A stretch of DNA of 64,000 nucleotides from Phoronis australis (taxonomy: Eukaryota; Animalia; Phoronida): contig NMRA01000072.1 in assembly GCA_002633005.1 (NCBI GenBank), positions 606,290-670,289 of the forward strand. Reading direction: 5' to 3'. The translations under genes and the position numbers were made by a program. Shown here piece after piece: positions 25,065 through 37,000 of the stretch (positions are counted from its first letter, which is position 1; each line of letters starts with the position of its first letter). A model generated the notes under the pieces. That model was not told the DNA's origin. It searched no databases and saw only the letters and a program-made list of their open reading frames with translations.

Positions 25065-28000
25065 ATGAGCAAACGCAGTGAGGTAAGTCCAGTTCATTAC
25101 CATTCTAAAACGTGATATAACTACATCATGTCATTCAATTTATGGTGCTGAAATCTATTCAGAAATATGCGAAAGTCTCCATTTGAACACTGGTTTTGGA
25201 AGTTCAAAGCTTCCCTCACTGACCAATACTATTAAACATGGAAACACCAACAATTGTTATGTGAAATGTGCACAGATACTGACAATATGTGAAAACAATT
25301 CTGCTTTAAATTTAACCAGATACTGTTACTGAATAAAAATAGGTAAGGTCAAATGAATTTTTATCTACAGTTTAGCTATGGCGTCCGGCATCTGCAGCTG
25401 TATCTACTAAACCCTTTGAAGGATCTTATTGAAATTTGCCAGGTGTGTTCTTATGGGGGTGGTGACAGAGGACGATGAGGTTCGGACCGACCCGAATACC
25501 ACTGTGCCCCCTAGTGGCAATTTTCAATTTTTACGTTTGCCTCTGTATCGTCAGAGTGCCTTGATGGATTTTCATGAAACTCGGCACATAGGTTTTTAAT
25601 ACAGAGCTGATGGTGCTTTTAGGACGGATTCAACAGGTTTTACGCCACCTGGTGGCCATTTTTGTAATTTTTGTGTCTGTTCTCTGGCATCTGCCTCTCT
25701 ATCTGCCATACCGCTCAAAGGATCATTATGAAAATTTACACGTGTTGCTGATGAGAAGGCCAGGACTGACGTTGACTTTCGAATGAGTCCGGCCACTGTG
25801 TCACCCCCTAGTGGCGATTTTTTTTTTGTGTCAGTAGCCGAATCTCCTTAGCCCTTTAAACGATCATAACGACATTTTACAGATGTGTTCCTCTAAAGCT
25901 GGCAACAGACGACCACGAGTTTCGGACCAATTTGAGTACTGCTCTGCTCCCTTGTGGCAATTTTAGTTACATTTTCTCTTTATCTTTGGAGTTCCTTGAT
26001 GGATTTGCATGAAATTTAGCAAATAGGATTCTGTTAAAAAGGCAATGATGACTTCCTGTTTTCCAACGGATTTGGCATATTCTGCACCACCTGGTGACAA
26101 TTAAAAAAAATTTGAGTGCGTTTTTGACGTCCGCCTTCGTATCTGCCAAATGCATGTGGATTTCTGATGAGAACTCCACGACTGACATTAATTTTCGGGT
26201 AGGTTCGACTACTGTGGTGGCTCTAGTGGCATTTTTTGCGTCTACGGCTGTACCTCTTTAACTCTAAGGATGATTTTAAAAATTGCTCTGTATGTTTCTA
26301 CTGTGAAGAGGACAGCTGATGATGATTTTCTGACAATTCGGACTACTGTGGCGCCCCCTAGTGGCAGTTTTGTTTTTTTTGCGCCCATGGCTGTATCTCC
26401 TAAACCGTTCGCAGGATCTTTACTTAATTTAGCAAGTGTATTTATATGATGTTGACAATGGATGAGAACTACTTTCAGACGCTTCTGAGTACTGGTGTCC
26501 CCCCTAGTGGCAAATTCAGTTCTTACATTTACCTCTGTATCTTCAAAGGTCTTCAACATATTGGCATAAAATTTGGCATATAGTCATTTGTTAGTGAGAT
26601 GACGCTATCATTCCGTTTTTGGATGGATTTTACATAGTTTGCGCTGCTTAGTGACAAGTTTTACTGTTTTTTAGTCCTTTTTTGGCGTCCACCCCTCTTT
26701 CAACCAAATGGCTCTAAGAATGATTGTGAAAATTGGCATGTATGTTCTTACTATGAAGCTGAAGTTTTTCCGATGACTTTTACTACTGTGGCACCTCCTA
26801 TGGGCTGTTTTTTTGCGCCTATGGCTTTATCTCCTAAACCGTTTGCAGGATCTTTGCTAAATTTAACAAGTGTATTTTTATTATGTTCACAACGGATGAC
26901 AACGACTTTCGGACGGATCTGACTACAAGTGTGCCCCCTAGTGGCAATTTTAGTTTTTAGGTTTACCTCTGTATCTTCAAAGGTCCTCAACAGATTTTCA
27001 GAAAATTTGGAATGTAGGCAGGCATTTGTTGGTGAGATGATGCTATCCTCTCGTTTTCGGATGGAATCAAGGTACTTTGCACCACCTAGGGGCCATTTTC
27101 CTTGTTTTCGAGTCTGTTTTTGGCCTCCACCACTCGATCAACAAACCATTCTAAGGATGATGTTGAAGATTGGCGTGTATGTTCTCAGTGTGAAGAAGGC
27201 GGTTGACTATTACGAATTCGATTACTGTGGCACCTCCTAGTGGTAGTTTTGTTTTGGTTTGACAGAATTTTATGAAATATGGCATGTTCCTGTTTTTGGA
27301 TGGATTGTATGTTTTTGCACCATCTAGTGGCCATATTTACGATACAAATAAATAACCCTAAAAGCACACCATTTGCAATGCATTCGTGGGTGCTCTTGTT
27401 ATGAAATTTGGTAAATAGCTTTCTATTAAAGAAGCGATGGCATTTTCCCGTTCTCAGATGGATTGGATGTTTTTCGCCATCTAGTGGCTATTTCATAAAA
27501 CAAATAAATAACCCTAGATGCACACCATTTGCGTTGCATTCATAAATGCATTTCAACGCTCCGCGTAGCTCTTGTTATATTATCTGAACAGATAGAATCA
27601 TATATTGTACACTTGTTTCTCTTTTCTAGCCTGGTAAGCAGAGATCAATTGAATCCTTCTTCTCAGTAAGTGTTACTTTCATTCGTGAGATTAATCTCAT
27701 CCAAAGCAATTTGAGTGACCCAACTTTGCCATTCATTTACTCTGCTCATTGCTTGGTTGGTTGTCAACAGTGTTTATAACAGAAATCAGTTCTTATTTGG
27801 ACTAAGTGATGAATTCAAAATTCACTAGGTGAATCTAGTAAACAATAGGCTTTGCTAATAGAAATGCAAGCATTCAGATCACTTGAGACTTATCCAACAA
27901 ACGCCCCCATGCTGAGTCAGCTTTCTGCTATCAATGTCTATGAATGGTAAAACAAAGGTCCTATTTCTTCATAAGCTCCACTTGGTGAACATTTTTGCAT

Positions 28001-31000
28001 TATTTTGCACAAGGAATGAAAACAAGGAGAAAACATGAAAGCACATAATATCTAAATTAATGTATTCTTTATAATGTGTTGTTATATTATAAATTCTCTG
28101 TTTTCTAAACATTGATTTTGCTCTGGCAACCATGCTCTGATTTGGTTTTACAGGCTAAAACAGAAAACAGCTCTTCCAAAGATGAATCAATCTTATTTAC
28201 CACTGTAAACAAGTCAAAAAGCAAGCTAGCTTTGAAAAAATCTGTCACTTCGAACAAAACAGTTTTCCGACAAGAACATGCTTCTGTTGTGAATCCTGTT
28301 GAGAGTGTACTACAACAGGATGGTGATATTCGCCATGGAAACGAGGCTGCTGGGGAAGCAACTGTTGTCATGGAAACCCAAGAAGAATGCGTAATTGATG
28401 TAATACCTGATACACCGAATGAATTAAAAATTCAACCTAAAAAGCAAATTCAAGCTAGGAGTTTTCTAGCTCAGCCATCTTTCTTGATGTCAAAGCCAAA
28501 CGTGCAACATGGAGGTAGAAATAAGCAGACGAAAAGAAAACAAGTGTGCAAGAATTTGGAAGATGCTCTCAAAATATCCAATCCTGAAGACTTAGAAAAG
28601 GCAGATTTAACTAGTTTACAAACACTTAACAACCCAGTGCAATTACCCAGTGCTAAGCGTTCACCATCAAGCCCTGGTGGTGAATCTCCAAGCTGTAAGA
28701 GGTCAGACCGTAGACCAAGTGGAAGGTACGAGATTAAAGCATGTACTACTCGGTTAAGATTTGATAAGGAGAAAACGAGCTCTCATATTTCTTGTCTTAG
28801 TGGAACAGAACTTGCTGAGAGACTGTTTAAGTCATCTCGTGATAATCGTGAACCGTCAGACTCGAAAAGTTTCAAAAAAGAGGAGGAGCCAGATGCATTG
28901 TTGAATGAAATATTAGAGGATTTGCACCAAGTAACAGAAAATATTTCTACCTCTCAGAAAAGAAATCCATTTTCACCAAGAGCAAAAAGTAGGAAATTAG
29001 CCACTCCTTTTGTCGATTCAGTTAACAGTCCAGTGTCCCATTCAAGCATCGACAAAGATAGCATTCTGAATGAGTTACTCGAGGAGGTACAATTGACTTC
29101 AGCAGCTAGTGAAAAAAGTAAAAAGAATGCTGAAAAGACAAATTCAATTGGCGGGAGTACAGCCTGTGGTGAGCCACATACTAAACTTAGTGACCAGCCT
29201 ATGAAACAGGCAGACTGCGGCAAAACAAAACCAGATTTTGATTCAAAAGAGTCAAGTGTGGTTGAAAGTGAAATATTTAATATTCAAATAACACCAGTAA
29301 AAAAGAAGCAAGAAGACGATGTCCATCTGATGAATGAGCTTGTGGATGATGCCTTCTGGCAAACCTCACCATTCAAGACACAGTGAGTTCTACATTGTTA
29401 GTTTCTGTACAGAAATTCAAGGTATTACAATCAATGTTTGCATGGGATCTTGACAGCAAATTAGTCTCTGCATTGATTTGTGCATTTTTTTGGAGTGAAA
29501 TTGCTTACCTCTTCCCTTTTTCGCCTACATTCTGTTAACCAATGGATAAATTTCTCACTGTTTCTAGTTTGTACACGATGCTCACTTACTTCAGCAATGC
29601 TGTTATTAATGGAAATGTTGTTTTCAGAAAGACTGCGACAAGTGCTGCACCCTGTAGCCAATTTGGACGCCATGAAGTTATTTCTGTGCATCAAGAAAGG
29701 TAGGTTATTGTGGTTTTGTTGTCATGAAAAACCATTGGGACTTTGCAATGTGAAGTTCACAAAAGGTTTGCTGAATGTTGGTGACTGAAAACAATTGAGT
29801 TAAAAGTGATATTTGTCTCATTATAAGGAAGAGATTTTTTTAAATATTAATCAGACGGCCGTAAACCTTTCAACAATATGTGTCTGTTTTAGTGTTCATG
29901 CTGACAAGATACTAGAGTTGAAGTCTGTCCCTGATGGTTTGAAACATTGGTGCATACTGCAAGGATTTTGGTAAGTGTGAATCCCATTATTTTTGCTAAC
30001 AAAATTTCAAGTGTGACGTAATTCATCATTTAATGTAAAATGGGTCAAAGGACTGGTGATTCCCCAGACTTTTGATGGCAGTGTGTTAGTCTCTGGCCTA
30101 TGCACTGTAGTTGAAAAGTGCTTATGGTAGTGACTGTATTGATGCGGTTCATTTTTCAGGACTGACACAGCGGTGAATGTTGGTGATATCGTGAACATCA
30201 TCGGGACTTTTGATAATCGGGGTGAAATCATCATAGATGATAAGCAGAATTTGATAGTTGTCAACCCTGATCTACTCATCTCAGGGACATCCGTTGTGTC
30301 CACGGTCTTCTGTCTTCGCAAGTGAGAATAATCTTAATCTAAATTTACAAAAACCTTCAGTAGTTATTAAGTTGCATCAAACAAAAACATGGACTACATT
30401 TGATATCCTGATGCTTTGATTTAGACCATGTACTAGTGAGTTTCTGTTTTTAAGTTACATAGAAATTGAGCGACACTTTTGTTTTGTCTTTGGTGGNTCA
30501 AGTGTGACGTAATTCATCATTAATGTAAAATGGGTCAAAGGACTGGTGATTCCCCAGACTTTTGATGGCAGTGTGTTAGTCTCTGGCCTATGCACTATAG
30601 TTGAAAAGTGCTTATGGTAGTGACTGTATTGATGCGGTTCATTTTTCAGGACTGACACAGCGGTGAATGTTGGTGATATCGTGAACATCATCGGGACTTT
30701 TGATAATCAGGGTGAAATCATCATAGATGATAAGCAGAATTTGATAGTTGTCAACCCTGATCTACTCATCTCAGGGACATCCGTTGTGTCCACGGTCTTC
30801 TGTCTTCGCAAGTGAGAATAATCTTAATCTAAATTTACAAAAACCTTCAGTAGTTATTAAGTTGCATCAAACAAAAAAAAGACTACATTTGATATCCTGA
30901 TGCTTTGATGTAGATCATGTACTAGTGAGTTTCTGTTGTTAAGTTACATACAAATTGAGCGACACTTTTGTTTTGTCTTTGGTGGAAAATACCACGATAG

Positions 31001-34000
31001 TCTACGATAATTACATTTTGTCTATGGACTGAGCAGAGTTTTTTGAATGAAGATTTTTATCCTAAATCATATACCGGTACCAGTGTGTGACACGTGTAAC
31101 ACTAAGTAGGTCAAGGTGAAATCGCAGTTAACAGCCATGATTTTTCTCGTTGAAGTAGTCACGGAACTCCATTGTGTTACGGTATGTAGTTATGAATGCT
31201 AACTTGCCATATTTAACAAAAGACAAACCAAACCAATGTGTTTCAAAGATGGCACTGTGTGGGGCTTTAAGGTTATGTAGGACCTTACCAACAAGTCTAT
31301 ATTTAGCCAAATAGCTACAAAACTATAGATTTTAACTTAGTAAAAGTATTAATATTTTCTGAAAGCAGAGAGTCTGAAGAGTTTGATTTGTGACATTTTA
31401 CTAAATTTAGTATTGATTTAGGTCAGGTGACCAGGTCTTTTTGCCAAAAATGAAATTTACATTGATATTAGGACAATGGTGTCAATGACTTGACCAAATT
31501 ACATTTGATATAAAGGATTAAGAAGAAGTCTAAATTACCATTTCGTTTTCATTTCATTTATTACATTTTATTTATTTTTCATGAATATCTTATTTTTTGA
31601 TAACTCGTGACATTTTAAAAATAATTCCCTACAGCTTTTTGTAGAACAATGCATGAAGCATTTACCTAGTATCTGCACGTTCCATATGAGTTCGAACAGG
31701 CATTTCTGAGATGTGATATTTCGAAATTGGCATTTGCTGGGGTCCTACTAGCCTTAAGAAAAATTATGGAGAATTTAAGTTCTAATCTTCAAGGCGTGCA
31801 GTCATGTTAAGTACTGGTATATCTATAATGTGGAATTAGTTTGCTGTTTGAATAGTTCTTTACCATATTACATATTATTTATGGTATTCTAAGGATGATC
31901 AATGTATTTTTTGTTTTATGGTAGAACAGGACGTGTGGCATTTAACGTATATTCATGTTATTTCGCAGAACAGTGCTGAATGAAAAGTTCCGTGGCTATG
32001 AACGAGGTAACATCCATATGCTGGTCGGCAGCATAATTCACTGTGTATTCCAGCAGGTATGGTTTGTGTTGATAATGATCCAAATGTGTGACCAGTCAAT
32101 GAATATTTGATTAAATAAATTGTTCACACTCTGATTCGAAGTTCCTACAATAGATGCAACACTCTCACCACACTGAAGTAGCATTTACCAAATGCTATGA
32201 ACAGAGAGCCTGTGCCGGGTTGCATGAACTAGTCCTAAATAGGGACTCATCTAAGTTCCCTAAATCTTTTGCCTGTTTGTGTCTTTCTTTAGTCACATGT
32301 ACTATTTTTCTATCATTTCATCTTTATTATGAGCTCCTCTTTGACTCATGACATTTTCTAATAACATAACTAAAAACTGAGCCCTGAATTCAGTGAAAAT
32401 AAATAGGGACTTAGTCCTTAAGTTAGGGGCGTTATATGAAAAGATTCCTATTTATTTTCAATAATATTGAGAATTCACCATCAAGTTCACTCTTGATTTG
32501 TAACAAAACCAAAAATTGACTTAGTAATGAAACTAAAAGAGCATAAGAAAGGGCAATTGGAGGTGTTTTCACAAGTTTACAATTACATATGAAGTAGATT
32601 TAAGGAACTTGGTTGAGTCCCTATTTGGGACTGTTTTGTGCAACCTGGCATTGATTGCTTGACATTCATCTACAAACAACACCCATGCAAATAGTTGTTC
32701 AGAATTCAATATACAATGATAACATTGATACACACTTCTATCATGAGTCCCATGGAATGTTCAAAACTGCTGTTGGACATTCTTTGTTTGCTTTTTCTCT
32801 CACAACATGACTCGAAAATGTTGCTTCATGTATCGCTTGACATGCCAGCATTTGAGTGTCTAAATTGTGTTCTCTCATGTTGCTTAAGCATTGCGTAGAT
32901 AGTCCAATATATCCAGAGGAGGGTTATTCCCATAAGATTGCTCGAAGAACTGATCAGCTGTCTGATGATCTGCCCTGTAAGCCACTGACAGATCTGCCCT
33001 CTTTCCACCAGAGGGCTACATGTAAATTCCAATGATGTGCCTTGTCCTTCTTGGCAAAGTTTGCATTTTGGGTACATTTAAAAATGCAAGACCTTCACTT
33101 GGGGATGGCCTTATATTCTAATATTTGACGCCTTACCGTTTCTTCAGACATAAGGACAGTCATCATTTTACTTGTTTTCTGACAATTGGTTAATGTTAAT
33201 TATTGTCAGAGTTGATAGAGTATCGATTGCCTAAAACTATTCCATGAAAATATTGAATAACTTATGGATTAAAAACAAGAAACAGTAGAATGTGTTGTGA
33301 ATTCATATTTGAATTAATGCATTTGTTTACGCCAGAATGCAGATGACCCCGAATAGAAGGCCATGACCTTATAGACAAGGTTTTACAGCCTGGAAAGTGA
33401 TTTGTGCGCATGTGACTATGCTACACTGTGCTATGCCAAGAAGTGCAGCAAATGCTTGAAATAATCAGAAAACAGTTGATCTGACGCCTTTGTGAGTGCT
33501 CGTCTATATCAGGATGGTCTTTTAGAATTCCGCATGCTATCATTCAAGAGTGTTGTGTGATGTCCTGATAATGCTGTTCTCTTAAAAGTACAACCATTAA
33601 TATCCAATGCATCATGAGTAACTTAGGACTGACACGAATTAAGCGGTATATGTTTACTAAACCCATGCTGTCCGTTGTTGTATTTTCTTTGTGTTTTTGA
33701 AGGCTATTAAGGAAAACAAGTGCAGCGTTGCAGACTTAACAGTGATAACCAAGAGTGTTCTATCAACCAGTGGCCTCCTGCATGAGATGTGAGTATAAGT
33801 CACTTGATGAGTCATTTAATGAGTCATTCAACCAGTGGCCTCCTACATGAGATGTGAGTCACTTGATGAGCAAAGATTAAAGCAACTATGATGGTTATGA
33901 CACGATGAATATTTAGCAAATACTTTTTAAAAATAAAGAAAGCTTATGGAGAAGCTTTTAAGGACGTGAAGAGTCTGCCATTTTCTTTATCTGCAAGTGC

Positions 34001-37000
34001 ATGTTCTTTTTACTAGATTACACTCGTTGCTGCCTATCTCAGTATAGCTGAGCAAAGTCGTTGATAGGTGATTGCAGTGTTTGTGGTGCTAGTTGCGACC
34101 CTCTGTTGTTTCGGATGTTTAGTGGCACTAATTGCAATCCTCAATTGGGATGGACTGCATGCGTTTTGCGTCGACAAAGACCCTTTAACACCAATGAACG
34201 ATAGTTTGTTTGGTTGGCAGCTACATTCATGTCTTTCTGAAGATCAACATGTATGGGGCGGGAATAGAAAGTTGGTGCCGTTTAAGGCGCTAATGTATTG
34301 TTAAATAAATGGGAAGATCAATGAGATTTGGGTTCATGTAGTTCTTTGGAAGGAAATTTGCAATACTTGATCAGCTGGTAATGTCACACTGTGGCAATAG
34401 AATGTGGTTTCTATGGTCTTAGGGGTGGATCCAGGATTTTGAGTAAGGGGGGGAGGGCAGGGCAGAGTATTAGCCATGATTTTGCCCGTCAGACAATCGC
34501 ACCCCCGAACTGCCAAATGGAATCCAGGAGAATTTTAGGGGGGGGCCATGGCACCTTTGGCCCCCCTTTTTAATCCGCCACTGGTTCTGCCATTTCACTG
34601 GAGGGAACGGGTAAGCTTTACTTACTCTGCTATTATACTACACAACACAACATTGTTGGCACTGTAAAGTGGCTGATAAAATTACAGGTAATTCTGTTGT
34701 CACTGTTGAGTTCTGGGCATTGATATGAGCTTGACAAAGCTCGATTTTTATTGCCGTAGATGTGTATACTTAGGCCCATTTTCCTTTATGTGAAGCTGCG
34801 CCTGTATCTAGAATAAGGAAAATGCAACATGTATGCGAAACACTGGATTAAAACCAATGTGGAAAATTTTATATAACATTCGATCAAAACTTGATTTATA
34901 GGTTTGAAAATATGTGTTGTTAATGTGTATCCAATTTAACGTTAACTATTTAAAGGAAAATGCGCTAAAAGTGGATAAAGACCTTTTTGTCTGAAGAAAT
35001 GCGTTATTTTGGATGAAGACGCATGAGCCTAAGTATGGCACACTGAAGACGTGACTGCGTAGGAGTGCCACTTGTGTTCTACAACCATTTGTATATAACC
35101 CCTAGCTATCCCAGCTTTGTGATCTTACCATTATCCCAGGTATGCTCAAGGCCTCTCAGAAGATGCTGTTATGGAAAAGGTCTGTCCCTATCTCCTCTCC
35201 ATAGAAAAGTGGATGAAGACGCATATTCCAACTAAACAAACGTCCAACATACCACGTCAGTCAGGGTTAGAAACTGTTTATTCAAATTTTTTTCTAACGA
35301 GAATTTGTTGAGATAAATCAAAACCATCAGAGGCCAAGTGCTATAATTTTAATTGGCATCATTCAAGTTCTTTTTTGATGGCTGTAGCAAGGCAATACTG
35401 TTACTGTTACTCAACTAGATTTCTTAGTTTTTATGTAGAAATTTAAAATAGACACCTGTAGAGTGTCTTGACTGCATAAAGGGTGCTTTTGAATTAGTTG
35501 TTGAAATGGAGATGCAAAAGGAATTGGGATGAATGATTTTGTGATGATGGGTGTCAATAAAGTTTGAATAAAAAACATGTTTCAATTGCAACATTATTGC
35601 TGGAAAACGACGTCGTGATTGAAAGAATTGTGACAGGTGACAATTTCTCATTTTTTCTCTTCCTAAACATGGCTTGATTTTTGTGTCGGGTTTTCCCTCA
35701 GGGGTACTGCACGATGTACTTCTTATATTATTTGAAACATTGACTGTATGCAATCATGTGTTTTTGTTCTATAGTGACAATCCTCGTATTGAAGTGAATT
35801 CAGTGGCTGACATTGAAGAGAACATTTGGTCTCCAAGGTAATAATATGAACTGGGTGCATGTCTGTCTTAATACTGCTGTTTCATTTAAGTCACATGTTA
35901 CATCAAGGCCAAATATTGTTAAAGATATATTGAGCACTGCGTCTGTTATGTGACTATTACCTTGGGCTATTCCGTTCTACACAATGGTGAGTATCAGTTG
36001 TTTTGATTTACATTTTGCGACATGGTTTAAGTCCTGAAATGAGGCAAGCTTATGCTTCTTGTTTTCTATAGTTATATTGTGGTCGGACTGAAGCTCACAT
36101 ATGTTATTTGGTTTGATAAACCGGTTCATTTTATTTTATCTTACTTTGAAGTTGGCCATTTTTGACTGGCTAAAGCAGTGCTCAAGATAGCTTTATCTTG
36201 AAACTAAATAAGTTAACAGTAGAGATCCCTCACACAAGTGATCTATGAACTCAACTAATTCCATAGCTAAAATGTGTAAAATTGTTACTGTTTTCTTCCA
36301 CAGAGGCTTTCAGTAGTTTTTAAAATGTGGCGCATTATGTGGCTAAGGTTTTTTGTCATCTTGACAGGTATGGCATCAAAGGTAAGCTTGATCTCACCGT
36401 GGACGTGACTATTCACAAGAAGTCTGGTCAAGAAAGTAAAATAGTTCCACTTGAGTTGAAGACTGGCCGCGTTTCTAACTCTGCTGAACACCAAGGGCAG
36501 GTAATGAGTTCTTCTAATATGTTCTACAGCATATACTAAATTTTGTTCATAACAAGGTGGACTTGAAATTTTGCTTTACTGTTAAATTTATCATCAAAAT
36601 TAAATCTTCAAAAATTTGATTTCATCCTTTGCATGTTTTGTACCAGACAAAACTTGAGTAAAGTTTTTAACATTCTAATAAATTAGCGGTTGAGAAGTGG
36701 AAAGTTGCAATTTTGGATACTACGTATTATTTTGCCGACATTGAAGAAGCGGATTACTGTAGCCACGAAGCCAAAAACTACTCTTTCTTTAATTTTGATT
36801 TTTTTAGAAAAAGATTTGAACTCTGTAGGAAATGCTAAATAATGACTACCTTGTACCTTGTGGGTGGTAATTTTCTTGTCTGTCGACCCTAGGGTATTGG
36901 TTCTGTTGTCGTTGGCATGGTTCCTTTTCAATTCTTCTTAGCAGAACCTTTTCTCCGTTGAAATTGGTACAAATCTTTCAAAGAACGCAAGAATTGAGGG

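Noticed and set aside
25596-27367. ORFs in the HINE arrays (also 18001-18261, 42628-42948, 54435-55390, 56147-56545, 58191-58442)
   Set aside because: Short translations of repeat monomers in varying frames with no Rep/helicase or transposase motifs.
25379-27577. Regularly spaced short conserved motifs suggesting a CRISPR array
   Set aside because: The intervening sequences are homologous to each other (tandem monomers), spacing is ~145 bp, there are no cas genes, and the context is a eukaryotic intron.
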